A stretch of 64,000 nucleotides of DNA from an uncultured Nitrososphaeraceae archaeon (GTDB lineage: Archaea; Thermoproteota; Nitrososphaeria; Nitrososphaerales; Nitrososphaeraceae): the NCBI GenBank assembly GCA_963729045.1, contig CAVSMN010000013.1, positions 1 through 64,000 on the forward strand, read 5' to 3'. A model generated the notes under the pieces. The model was not told the origin of the DNA and searched no databases. It saw nothing but the letters and a program-made list of their open reading frames with translations. The translations under genes and the position numbers were made by a program. Of the stretch, positions 11,370 to 22,408 are shown in pieces (position 1 is the first letter of the stretch; each line of letters begins with the position of its first letter).

Positions 11370-11700
11370 ATGTTAATCCCTCTTTATTTGACTGAGTTCC
11401 ATTTACCAAAATGGTTAACAAATCGAAATTCATATCTTGGTTATAATTAGGAAGCTATATCCTAGTACAGGTGGTTGATATTTGCCTTTTTTTTGTCTAT
11501 CTCTTTAACATACTCAAATTTCAGAACATTGTAATAGCAGTAGAAATAGTTACTTCGATTATCGTTTTTCCTTCTTAATCATTTTGTAACTAAATAATAC
11601 CAAGTAGTTTATTTTCAGAAATTAATAGAGGGGCAAAAAAATTATCATCCTTCGGCTCTTTCCTGCTGCTCTCACATAAGTACGTTGTAAAAAAAATGAT

Positions 11701-11779
11701 ATTGGACATACGATATCTATAAATACGTCCTATTCTTTATGTATCGTATGTCCGATGGAATGGATGAGGAGGTGAAATA
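11701..11779 (+). promoter_or_regulatory. Two ATYG-N6-CGAT operators flanking TATAAATA, plus GAGGAGGTG ribosome-binding site
   Basis: Operators at 11701-11714 and 11743-11756; same layout at 36447-36525. Confidence 0.8.
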
Positions 11780-11929
11780 ATGGGTTACGGTTGCTATGGT
11801 TCAAGTTATACTGGAAGAAGTTTTCTAACTAAAGAAGAGAAAATTCAATTATTGAAGGAATATCATCAGTCCTTGAAGAGGGAAGTTCAAGGAGTAGAAG
11901 AAAGAATAAAGGAATTGGATACGAATTAA
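11780..11929 (+). CDS. Small DUF5320-like protein (49 aa; not in ORF track)
   Basis: MGYGCYGSSYTGRSFLTKEEKIQLLKEYHQSLKREVQGVEERIKELDTN; strong SD; paralog at 36526-36693; T-rich terminator. Confidence 0.85.
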   Translation: MGYGCYGSSYTGRSFLTKEEKIQLLKEYHQSLKREVQGVEERIKELDTN

Positions 11930-12273
11930 TCTTTTTTATTCTTATTTTATTTTAGCTGATTCGATTAAATGGTAAAGCGTTACTATTTTAGTTCAAGATT
12001 GGAGACTAGGTCATCTTAAGTGACTATCGATTTGGTATGATTATTTGATCATCCGCGATTCTTTTTACAAACATTGATTTTCGCCTATCAATCGTAATTT
12101 TCACTTTGAAAGATTGGTCAAAGCATTTAGTATTTAATGTATGTTGCCCAGTGTTTTGCATGAAAAATTGTGATGTATGGTTCAAAAAAAGAGGCACAGA
12201 GGATCAATGCTAAATGAAACAGAATTTAATCACTGTGAAATTCAACAGGGAAGATTATCAATATGGTTAAGGT

Positions 12274-12540
12274 ATGATTGAAATGCCTGGAAAAGACAAA
12301 AGGAAAAAAGAGGAAGACGTCGAATTATCTGAGGCAACAGAGAAAAGAATAGATCAGCTGCCGGAACATGCTCAGCATATTTTTAAGAAAGCACATGCTA
12401 GTGCCCTCAAAGAATATGAAGACCCAAAGAAGAGGAGGGGTGGTGCAAAGGAGGATGTAGAAGAAGTGGCTCACAAGGTAGCTTGGGCTGCTGTGAAGAA
12501 AGAATATGAGAAAAAGGGTGATGAATGGGTTAAGAAATAG
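12274..12540 (+). CDS. chaB: ChaB-family protein
   Basis: LPEHAQHIFKKAH...AHKVAWAAVKKEYEK..DEWV. Confidence 0.9.
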   Translation: MIEMPGKDKRKKEEDVELSEATEKRIDQLPEHAQHIFKKAHASALKEYEDPKKRRGGAKEDVEEVAHKVAWAAVKKEYEKKGDEWVKK

Positions 12541-12670
12541 ATGAATAATGACTTGTTTTTATTAATTTCTTTTATAACTATTGATCAAATAAGATTTTAA
12601 ATCGTTTATTTATAAATTCCAAGCCAAATCTCATTCCAATATGAACTTGGTTAGTATAGAGTTAAATAAC

Positions 12671-13192
12671 CTAATGGAACAGATTGCCAAATAGGTTAGA
12701 TACAATATTATTATCCTTGGGGACCGATTGTGGTATTATTATATCAAATGAGCTGACGGTAAAAGGTCTAGAATTATTATATAGCTGTAAGATGACTTCA
12801 TGTTCGCCTTCTACAGGGAAAAGATAATCCACAGAAACATTTCCATCTACTATTGGAAAAAATTTATTGTCAAATTTATATAATCTCCCATCTTGATCCG
12901 TTATTGTTATTTTTGCACTTGCAGTGTCAAAAAAACCTGAACTATCCAATTTTTTTACTTCAAAGTTGATTTTTGTTGTCTGATCAATTATTGGCATTGG
13001 AGGTATTAAGGACATTGTTATATTGAGATTGTCACGTTTACTTATCCATGTACCGTTAACAATGGGATTAACGTTGATTTTATTATTTTGGGAAAAGACG
13101 AAATTTGGGAATTTGGTGTAATTAAGAATCAATAACATTACCAAGATCATTAATGTTAGTTTGGAAAAAGAGTTCATATGGTTAAATTGCAA
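12671..13192 (-). CDS. Secreted or membrane-anchored hypothetical protein, Ig-like beta sandwich
   Basis: N-terminal hydrophobic segment; YLFPVEGEHEVILQ pattern. Confidence 0.6.
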   Translation of the reverse strand: MQFNHMNSFSKLTLMILVMLLILNYTKFPNFVFSQNNKINVNPIVNGTWISKRDNLNITMSLIPPMPIIDQTTKINFEVKKLDSSGFFDTASAKITITDQDGRLYKFDNKFFPIVDGNVSVDYLFPVEGEHEVILQLYNNSRPFTVSSFDIIIPQSVPKDNNIVSNLFGNLFH

Positions 13193-13457
13193 AGACCATG
13201 CTTATATGATATTTGGTAATTAGGTAAGAATCGTTCATTTTGAAGGCATAGTTTTCATTTGGTATGGATTCGTATTTCGTGTTTACTCGAGTAATACAAA
13301 TACTATTAAACGTTATCTAATGGTTCAGAGTGGTTTCGTGGACTAAAAGAACCCGAATCTACTTATTTCTCAATTTCTTATATTTATTAAAAAATTCATA
13401 AATGTTTTAAAATAATAAAAGAATTGATCGATTAATTAATATAAATAATAATACTAA

Positions 13458-14555
13458 TCAATCGACTCTCTGACTTTCAGTCATTGTCCAGCAATGACTT
13501 TCTGTAAATTGCTCTGCTCCTCCCAATCGATCTTTCCATTTTCCTAGCATTGTAGTGGTGCATTCATTAGTTACTGCATCAGCATATTCAGAAAATGTAA
13601 GCCATGGATTTGTGAGTCCATATTTTGAGACATAGTCCATAAAGTTGATTTTACTATTTGCTGCCTTTGAAGCATTGATCAAATCCGTGATGAATTCCTT
13701 TTGAGTATTCACGTCTTCCATAGTACCTAATCGAGTGAGATGACCACCAACAAGTGTATCAAAATCATAACTTGATACTATGTCATGAGCCTGCACAAAA
13801 CCAGAAACATTCGTGGTTACAGCCAAATCCTTGAATGGAACCCAACCTGGAAAGATGACATCTACAAACATTAATGTCTTTTGACCTGGAGCATAAATGT
13901 ACGTATTGCCAGGTTCATGATTAACACCCTTATAGTCAAGTTCTAGAGTTTGATTACCTAGGGTCAAATTATAATTATCCTTAAAGGTGATGGTAGGGAT
14001 TGGTCGGTTTGAATCATTTGCCATTTTTAATAATTTGGCTGTTTCTTCTTGAGCTACAATCGAGACATTGTCTGGATATATGTTTCCAGCAGCCCCGATA
14101 TGGTCAATATGAGAATGACTATAAACCACATATCTTATCGGCTTGTCTGTTACTTCTCTGATTGCCTTGATATAATTTTCACCCAGGGAAGGTGGTGCAT
14201 CAACAGCGATTACACCATCATCACTCACAAGAAACATGGTATTATAAACTCCATCAGTAACCCAATAAAGACCGTCGCGTATTTCCTCGACTAAGTAACC
14301 CTTGGATGGTATTGCAGGTCCTTTGGCCTTTTCCGGTATTTGAGTAGCATTAACGGAAGTTGAATTGTTTGGGTCTTGTTGACTATTGGTTGATGTCGAA
14401 ACTAGAACCAAATTTGAAAATCCTTCTTGTTCTTCCAGAGTGATAGCTGAGGTTTGATTGGGAACCAGTGAATTGGAGAGTAATAGGATTAATGCACTTA
14501 GCATAGTCATAAAAGAGAATATGGATAGATTTTTCTCTAAAAATTTTAATATCAT
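13458..14555 (-). CDS. Secreted MBL-fold metallo-hydrolase
   Basis: Signal peptide; VDAPP, YSHSHIDHIG, HEPG, VDVI, GGH. Confidence 0.9.
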   Translation of the reverse strand: MILKFLEKNLSIFSFMTMLSALILLLSNSLVPNQTSAITLEEQEGFSNLVLVSTSTNSQQDPNNSTSVNATQIPEKAKGPAIPSKGYLVEEIRDGLYWVTDGVYNTMFLVSDDGVIAVDAPPSLGENYIKAIREVTDKPIRYVVYSHSHIDHIGAAGNIYPDNVSIVAQEETAKLLKMANDSNRPIPTITFKDNYNLTLGNQTLELDYKGVNHEPGNTYIYAPGQKTLMFVDVIFPGWVPFKDLAVTTNVSGFVQAHDIVSSYDFDTLVGGHLTRLGTMEDVNTQKEFITDLINASKAANSKINFMDYVSKYGLTNPWLTFSEYADAVTNECTTTMLGKWKDRLGGAEQFTESHCWTMTESQRVD

Positions 14556-14925
14556 TCCATTTATTATTAATTCATGGGGTATAAAGGCTTTTTAATCCTG
14601 AGAGAACAAAGATTTCGAAAACAGGAAACTCATAGACCGAACTAATAATGTATATTGTTGTATTAATCTAGTTAAATCTTTAGTTTGATTTTCATTTGAT
14701 ACCATATATATGAAAATATATCTGTAATCAAAAACTGATCATTATCCCCCTTTTTATGTATTGAGAATATGATACAAAATATCCAAATTATAGATATCCT
14801 TTTAATGAGATTGGTGTGTTATATTGAGATTAGTAGATATTAATGGTTCTGTGACCATCTCCAAATGAGGTATTTGTTGCCATCAAAGGGTAACTAATAA
14901 ATAGCCAATCTGTGTCATTACTGGT

Positions 14926-15183
14926 ATGCGAGATGCAAACTTAATCAAAATAATGATAGAAGAACGAGCTTTGGTAAAATTGATCAAATCTATAGGTGAG
15001 AACGAATATTCCACTAGAGACTTGTTGAAAAAACTTGGTGCATACGGCTATGGACACAAGTTACTGCTTAAAGCCTCAGAGAGAGGGTTGGTAGAAAGAA
15101 ACATCGTTAAGAATAGAACCTACAATAAACTAACAAAAGAAGGAAAGAAGATGTTGAAATTAGCAGCAGAAATAGGTGTCTAA
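14926..15183 (+). CDS. Small winged-helix DNA-binding protein
   Basis: GLVER...YNKLTKEGKK wing motif. Confidence 0.7.
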   Translation: MRDANLIKIMIEERALVKLIKSIGENEYSTRDLLKKLGAYGYGHKLLLKASERGLVERNIVKNRTYNKLTKEGKKMLKLAAEIGV

Positions 15184-15561
15184 TGGGACAGTCAATTTCT
15201 TATACTATCTTAATTAAGATCAAAATACAGTATGATATTTTTATTTATGCGTAAACCAATTTGATGTCTTTTATACCGAAATAAGATATGATATTGATTT
15301 TCAAACTAATTACTTGTATATTCCTCTAGATTCTAACCCTTTTCTATTTTCAATTGAGTTCTAATGAATTATAATCAAAACCTTGATAAAGTGAAGTAAT
15401 CAGCACTGAATCTAGCTGACCAATAGAAAGTAACAATATATTCTCATTTTGTTTTGATTTGCTCTATAATCTAAAATTATCTTATTAGACTTTCAAAATA
15501 TATATCCAATACACATGTATAACAAATATGAACCAAATAATCATATGGAAAAGTCATTAAT

Positions 15562-16687
15562 TTGCATCAAGCCAATATAATACTAGTTACTTATCCTGAA
15601 GAATTTGCAGTAGAAGAAGCCAAAAGTTTGGTTGAATCAATCCCAGATTATAAAGTAGTAAAGGTTTTTACTCAAAAGGTACTTAAACCGCGCTAAATAT
15701 GGTATGGGGTTTGGCAAAGCGGAAGAAATAAAACAATTTGTTTCACAAGCAGGTAATATAGAAAAAATATTTGTTGATGAACATTTAGGTGCAAAACAGA
15801 TATTTAATTTAGAAGAACTTATAGAAATTCCAATAATTGATAGAGAAAGATTGATTCTTGATATTTTCTATTCTCGGGCTACAACGAATGAATCCAAACT
15901 GCAAATCCAATTAGCTGAGATTCAATACAAGATGCCTCGTGTAAGAGAAAATGCAAAACTCATGAGTAAAAGTAATGAGAGGGTAGGAAAAGGAGGAATG
16001 GGTGAATACATCGTAGATGTTCAATTCCGTGATTTAAAACGACAGATGGGATTTGTGAAAGAAAAATTAAAAGATGCAAATCTCAAGCGTCACGAGTATC
16101 GCAAGCAAAGACTACGAAAAGGAATGTTCATCGTTTCCCTTGTTGGATATACAAGTTCGGGAAAAACAACTCTTTTCAATCTACTTACTAAGGAAAATAA
16201 AGAAACTTCTGCTAATTTGTTCACAACACTTTCAACAACCACAAGATCACTCGACAATTCTAGTAATATTGACAATAAGGGTGATGTAGATGTCTTGGTT
16301 GTGGATACAGTAGGTTTTATCAGCAGACTTCCACATTACATGATAGACGCTTTCAAATCCACATTAGAAGAATCACTTGAAGCCGATTTGATTTTCTTTT
16401 TGATTGATTGTTCAGAGAATTTAGAGGATATTGGCAAAAAGTATTCTAGTTGTTGGAAAGTTCTCGAGGAACTCAAAATCGACAAGTCAAAATTATACAT
16501 AGTGTTAACCAAAGTAGAGACTACTAAATCAGACAAAATACAAGAAATAATGAAATACATGGACGATACAATCGACAAGATTGCCATTTCATCAAAATCA
16601 GGATATGGGATTCATAAACTGAGAAATTTGATAGCTTCAAAAAAGGCCCACGTAAAGGATGAACCCTCAAAACTCACTCCTTCGTAA
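15562..16687 (+). CDS. hflX: GTPase HflX (frameshift ~15678)
   Basis: IDRERLILDIF..RA, LQIQLA, VGYTSSGKTTLFN, LFTTL, DTVGFI; upstream frame from TTG 15562 gives ILVTYP...EEAKSLVES. Confidence 0.93.
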
Positions 16688-16853
16688 TTGATCTCCTGTT
16701 TAGTTAAACAATATCGCAAATTATTTAGTGACAATGATGACCCTATCTATGACAGAGTATGTGTCATTAATACAATCTTTGTTGATTTTATTTTGAATAG
16801 AAATTGCAGAGATGCGTTCAATTACTCACTTATTATTTTTCTATAACTAATCA

Positions 16854-16897
16854 TTTAAATACTATTGATTAGTATACTACTTATTAGTGTATAGTAT
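16854..16897 (+). promoter_or_regulatory. TATA-like box and probable MarR operator
   Basis: TTTAAAT followed by perfect palindrome TAGTATACTA (16870-16879) and a repeated ATTAGT half-site before the marR ATG. Confidence 0.5.
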
Positions 16898-17446
16898 ATG
16901 ATTAAGTATGATTTTCAGAATAGCATTGGTTTTATCATCAATAGGATGGGTAAATCATTAGTTTATGTAATAGACCAAGAATTACGTAAGAAATTTGGTA
17001 TTACATTTGGACAATGGAAAGTGCTAATAATACTTGCAAATAATGCTGCTGGATTAACTCAGAGGGAAATTGCTGATAAGTTAGCTTTGGAAGGGCCGAC
17101 CCTTATCCCAATAATCGATAAATTAGAAAAGGATGCATTTGTAATCAGAAAGATCGACCCGAAGGATCGAAGAATTAATCGCATTTTGTTGACCGAAAAG
17201 GCACACGAATTTCTTGATGAAACTATAGAATGTGTGTCTCAAATAAAAAAAATATGCCTCGATCAAATTTCTGAAGAGGATATTTCCACAACAAAAAAAA
17301 CTTTGGTACAAATGTGGCTTAATTTGCAAGATAAATTCAATTTAAGTTGCTCAGAAGAAATCAAACAAAAACGGGAATTAATCAATCAACCTACATCGAA
17401 CATTATTATTGAAAAACGACATACATCCACAAAAACTAATCTCTAA
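16898..17446 (+). CDS. MarR-family transcriptional regulator
   Basis: GITFGQWKVL, LTQREIA, IDKLEK, DPKDRR..RILLTEK. Confidence 0.95.
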   Translation: MIKYDFQNSIGFIINRMGKSLVYVIDQELRKKFGITFGQWKVLIILANNAAGLTQREIADKLALEGPTLIPIIDKLEKDAFVIRKIDPKDRRINRILLTEKAHEFLDETIECVSQIKKICLDQISEEDISTTKKTLVQMWLNLQDKFNLSCSEEIKQKRELINQPTSNIIIEKRHTSTKTNL

Positions 17447-17593
17447 GGTTGGTAAAAGGGTTAAAAAATAAAAAATTGGGGGTTAAAGAAACTGACATCT
17501 AAAAGAATAAAGGGGTCCTCTTTTGATTACAAAAGTCTACTAACAGTATCACAACCATGGAAAGTACTATTCATTCTTAGTTGCCTTGCCACA

Positions 17594-19078
17594 ATGGTTA
17601 TGTATGCAGAAACAATGTTGATACCTGCCATTCCTACTCTAATCAATGATTTTGACGTCTCATATGGATTATCATCTTGGATTTTGACATCTTATTTGAT
17701 AGCAGGGGCAGTTATAACCCCTATAGCAGGTAAACTGTCTGACATCTATGGAAGAAAAAAAGTTTTGCTAATTATCATGGCTATATACACTGTCGGAGTT
17801 TCTTTAGGAGGATTTGCGAACGATTTTCTTACTATGATAATAGCAAGGACAATTCAGGGCATTGGACTAGGAATGTTCCCTATAGCATTTAGCATTATTC
17901 GAGATCAATTTCCAAGGGAAAGAATTTCCATCACAACCGGAATCATTACTTCGATGTTTGCTGCAGGCTCAGTCATTGGATTATCAGTAGGGGGTTTGAT
18001 TATTCATGAATTTGGATGGAAGATGACATTTTTTACAATAATTCCTATTTCGATACTATTGCTGCTAATGATACGAAAATATGTTAAAGTCTCTGACAAT
18101 AATAATCTTGAGGAAAAGGGCGAAAAACAAGATAAACATACAAAGTTACTGAAAAATTCTACAAACAAAATTCCAAAGAAAAAACAAATGATTTATTCTC
18201 AAATAGACATTAAAGGATCAATTTTACTAGCGATTACTATTGTTTCTTTTCTGCTCTCCTTAACATACTTGCAACCATCCCCAGATCAAAATGCATCAAA
18301 TTTTTCCGGTAATGCTACTACTAGTCCTTACTCTTCCTTGGAACAAATTGCGCCATTTTTGGCAATTGGAGTGATATCTCTAATCTTATTTGTTCATTTG
18401 GAGAGGCGAATCAAATATCCATTAATAGATTTTAGAATTTTCCTGAGACCACCAATCTTGCTTTCAAATATGATCATTATGATAGTAGGCTTGTCGATGT
18501 TTATGGTTTTTCAGACTATTCCTATACTGGTACAAAGCCCAGAACCTATCGGATTTGGTGAAAATGCTATCAATACTGGTAAAATCCAATTGCCTTTCGC
18601 GATAGTCCTTTTAATATTTGGACCTACTTCTGGATTTATCATTTCAAAACTGGGATCGATAAAGCCAATGATTATAGGTACTGTTCTTACAGCGACCGGG
18701 TTTTCAATGTTATATTTGTTTCATTCAACAGAAATCTCCATCTCTATAGGCTTGGCAATATTATCGACTGGCCTCTCCCTTGCTGCCGTGGGGGCAGTTA
18801 ACGTCACTATACTATCTACACCTGTTGAATTTACAGGTGTAACAATGGGGATTAGTACAATGTTGAGAATTGTGGGGTCGTCAATTGGACCAGCTTTGGC
18901 TGCAATGTATATGCAAACAAATCAGTCGCTAATTAACATACAAGGAATAACTAAATCACTACCTTCATCATTCTCTTTTGACCTAATATTTCTTAGCGCC
19001 CTGGTGTTTTCAATAGCTGCTATAAGCATGTCTATAGTACTAAGCAAAAAAATACATGCTAAACCCTACTTGCAATAG
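17594..19078 (+). CDS. MFS drug/H+ antiporter-type transporter (true start probably ~17476-17560)
   Basis: Motif A GKLSDIYGRKK, ARTIQGIG, many TM helices; frame open upstream to ~17465. Confidence 0.92.
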   Translation: MVMYAETMLIPAIPTLINDFDVSYGLSSWILTSYLIAGAVITPIAGKLSDIYGRKKVLLIIMAIYTVGVSLGGFANDFLTMIIARTIQGIGLGMFPIAFSIIRDQFPRERISITTGIITSMFAAGSVIGLSVGGLIIHEFGWKMTFFTIIPISILLLLMIRKYVKVSDNNNLEEKGEKQDKHTKLLKNSTNKIPKKKQMIYSQIDIKGSILLAITIVSFLLSLTYLQPSPDQNASNFSGNATTSPYSSLEQIAPFLAIGVISLILFVHLERRIKYPLIDFRIFLRPPILLSNMIIMIVGLSMFMVFQTIPILVQSPEPIGFGENAINTGKIQLPFAIVLLIFGPTSGFIISKLGSIKPMIIGTVLTATGFSMLYLFHSTEISISIGLAILSTGLSLAAVGAVNVTILSTPVEFTGVTMGISTMLRIVGSSIGPALAAMYMQTNQSLINIQGITKSLPSSFSFDLIFLSALVFSIAAISMSIVLSKKIHAKPYLQ

Positions 19079-19240
19079 ATCATAATCTTGGGATTAGAAT
19101 CTTTTTTATCAATATTTTCTCATCAATATGATTTAGACTGGGCTATCTATACCCTATTTGTGATTAAATTATATTTGAATATACTTTAACTAAGACCTTT
19201 TCTTTGATGCTATCTAGAGCCTATTTTAAGCACTAATTAA

Positions 19241-19301
19241 TTGACTATTTTTTTGACTTTATCGACTAGAATGCTGACTAAAATGACTAACAAATTGACT
19301 A
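19241..19301 (+). repeat. Six phased (T/C)GACT(A/T) direct repeats
   Basis: GACT cores at 19243, 19255, 19264, 19276, 19285, 19297 (spacing 12,9,12,9,12). Confidence 0.85.
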
Positions 19302-19330
19302 CTTTATTAGGCTAGCATCACATAATTATT

Positions 19331-21265
19331 ATGAAAACAAGAATTACATCTTTTAGAAATGACATTGTTATTCAAAAATATCTCAACGGTAAAACCCTTG
19401 ATCAAATAGTCAAAGAAACTAATCTATCCAAAGGCACCGTATACAATTTGGTCAAACGCTGGAAGGATAAGCTGGGGAGCATTGGAATTGAAGAAATAAG
19501 GGAATTTGCAACTCGTTGTAAGCAAATCAGGAATGACAATTCAAGAATGTGCTCAGGGATTTAGAATCGTTCAAATTCTAAAGGAATTGGGTATCAACGA
19601 TGAATTTGAGGATGGGGATGATTCTGCTCCAGAACAAGATCTTTTGGAATCTATCAGAAATGGAACAACTGACTGGGAAATAGGAAAAAATGATAATGAT
19701 CCCCTTAGATCTCCATATCATGGGTTAACGAAAAGAAGGGGGAGAAGAAATAAAGATGCATTAACAAAAAATGATTTTCACCATTTTATTGAAGATATTT
19801 ACAATAACTGTAAAAAATATAATATTAAACCATCCGATTTTATAGGATTTATCAAAGATTTGCTTGATTTTTATCCCTCTCTTGAGTGTGAATCCCCTTC
19901 GTCTATTAACAAAGACCCTGAACTTTCTTTATCCACTGAAAGTGAGGATGAATCTGAATAAATAATTTATTTTAAAAGGCCCTCAAAGGGGAAAATGATA
20001 ATGATATTCAACAAAACTTTGAGATAAAAGGTGATACGTTAACGAAGCAAACCAATGAACCAGACGTATCCATTGAAATCCCATTTATTTCGCAAGTTTC
20101 TTACTATATCAATCAAATCAAACTAGAGTTAAGGAACGAGAAGAGTATAGGAAATCCCTAAACACTGAAATATCCTTCCTAGAAAATAAAAAATCGGCTC
20201 TAGAAAACAATCTTAGAGAAACAACTAACAAAAACAACAACATTTTAGCTCATTTGCAGTGGTATGATTTCTTAAAACAAGATTTGTCTGATAATTACAA
20301 CATGAATCTAGATGAAGAAATCATATTTTTTTCATCAATAATTAATGACTTTAAGACACACAAATACAATATTCTTGACATACTGAAAGAATACAAACAA
20401 ATTCAATCATTAAGAAAAGAAAGAGATCATATTCAAAATGACATAGATCTAAATACTCCTTTACAACAGGACTTGCTCAAACAGGTTGACTCACTAAATT
20501 CTCAACTTGATGTATCAAGGCAAACTATGAAAATATACTGGGAACTCGACGCAATGGGGTTTGATCTTAAAAGACTTAAACAACTTTATGGTACGATTAT
20601 TGAAATCGCAATAGCTAATCATATACTACCGATATGGACGCCGTCACAAAGTTTCTAAATGATATTGAGGATCAGTATGACAACAAACTAGGTTTTGAAA
20701 CCAAAATAAAAGAACTGAGGACAACAATGGATAAATTAAAGGATGAAATTCCCCAATACAAATCAAATTTACATAATCCAAAGCCAAGTGGCTTCTTTAT
20801 TGTTACATCTTAGTGAACAATGGAGTAACAAATGAAGATATCATAAACATGAGTCAGCTCGTAGTTTCATTTCAAAATAGTAACTTTCTAACTAATACCT
20901 CATCTCAAGGCGGAAATACAGCTAATGGTATTGGAAATAATAATACCGAAAAAAACTCCAAAAATGAAACTTGGAAATTACTTATCAATAAATTAAGAAG
21001 CATACAGAACATCGATTCAGAAATTGAAAAACTAATTATTCATAGGAATGAATTAAGATCGGAAATCAATCATCTAAATACTAAAAAGAATGAAATTGAG
21101 GAACCTTATATAGAAATTGAGGAACCTTATGTAGATCAATATTTTGGCTGAATTACATATCTTTAAATGGATAAATGCATTAGTATCAACCAGACAGACA
21201 GACAAATGAAACTATAAACAAGGAAGTTATTCCCTTTTTCTACTTGTCCTATTGTTGTGAATTAA
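19331..21265 (+). pseudogene. Large HTH + coiled-coil protein broken into at least 5 fragments (pseudogene or assembly errors); end approximate
   Basis: N-terminal HTH (YLNGKTLDQIVKETNLSKGTVYNLVKRW); consecutive same-strand ORFs 19331, 19506, 20254, 20813 with coiled-coil character; 21-bp tandem duplication at 21092-21133. Confidence 0.7.
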
Positions 21266-21586
21266 TTCAAAAAAAGGACGATATAAATGACGAATGCTCT
21301 AACTATAAGAATCGTAATAACTGACTATTACCATATTCCCACCCTATAGGGATTTAGAGGATGCAATATTATTCTAAATCTTGATTGAAATGTGAAATGT
21401 GGTCACTTTCATTATAAAATAAAGTATTCTCAAAAAATCATGAAACGCACATAAGCGGATACAAAATTACTTTCATTGAACGTTAACTTTCGATAATACA
21501 TTATAGTAAGAGATGAATATATCGATTAAGAGACACGATAATAATAAATGCAATCAGGGTAACTAGTTTTTTCAAAGAATAAATCT

Positions 21587-22408
21587 ATGAATAATACCCG
21601 ATTGATCAACTTCAAACTTGTAATATGTGTTTTATCCGGAATTGCCTTGTTATATATTATTTATCCGCTCTTTAGTATCTTGATTTTTGTTGAACCTAAC
21701 AACTTACTAGAATCACTCATAAGGCCAAGAGTCATTGACGCTTTTGTTTTAAGCATAGGTACTGCGTCAGTATCCACTTTGCTGATAGCATTATTTGGCA
21801 TACCCTTGGCATATTGTCTATCAAGATATAAATTTCCAGGCAGATCTGTTGCACAAATTATCATTGTTATTCCTTTAGTGTTGCCACCACTAGCAAGTGG
21901 TGCTCTCCTGTTGGGGGTGTTTAATCCCCAATCATTTTTGGATAGACTGTTTCCCAATGTCGAGTTTACTCAATCAATAATAGGAATTATCATAGCGCAA
22001 ACATATGTTGCCTCTCCATTTATGATCCTTGCCAGTATGGCTGCATTTGATTCAATAGATAAATCATTAGAAAATGTTGCACGAGTTCTTGGAAAGAGAA
22101 ATTTGGAGGTTTTCGTAAGAATATCGATTCCACTTGCAAAAAAAGGGATTTTGGTTGGAATAATGATGACATGGATAAGGGCCATTGGAGAATTGGGAGC
22201 AACTTTGATGTTAGCCTATAATCCCCATACCATTTCTATCCAGATATATGAAGATAATGCCGTAGGAGGTTTGTCACAAGCTATTCCGGGAATAATCTTA
22301 TCCATTTTACTTTCAATAGTTCTCATAATTGTATATTCTATAATTGTGAAAAAATCGAGTGGTGATACCAGAAAAAACAATAAAATCTTTAGTTTTGGAG
22401 GATCATGA
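21587..22408 (+). CDS. Molybdate/tungstate ABC transporter permease (ModB/WtpB)
   Basis: PLVLPP, EAA-like loop LENVARVLG, RAIGELGAT; adjacent to Moco genes. Confidence 0.9.
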   Translation: MNNTRLINFKLVICVLSGIALLYIIYPLFSILIFVEPNNLLESLIRPRVIDAFVLSIGTASVSTLLIALFGIPLAYCLSRYKFPGRSVAQIIIVIPLVLPPLASGALLLGVFNPQSFLDRLFPNVEFTQSIIGIIIAQTYVASPFMILASMAAFDSIDKSLENVARVLGKRNLEVFVRISIPLAKKGILVGIMMTWIRAIGELGATLMLAYNPHTISIQIYEDNAVGGLSQAIPGIILSILLSIVLIIVYSIIVKKSSGDTRKNNKIFSFGGS

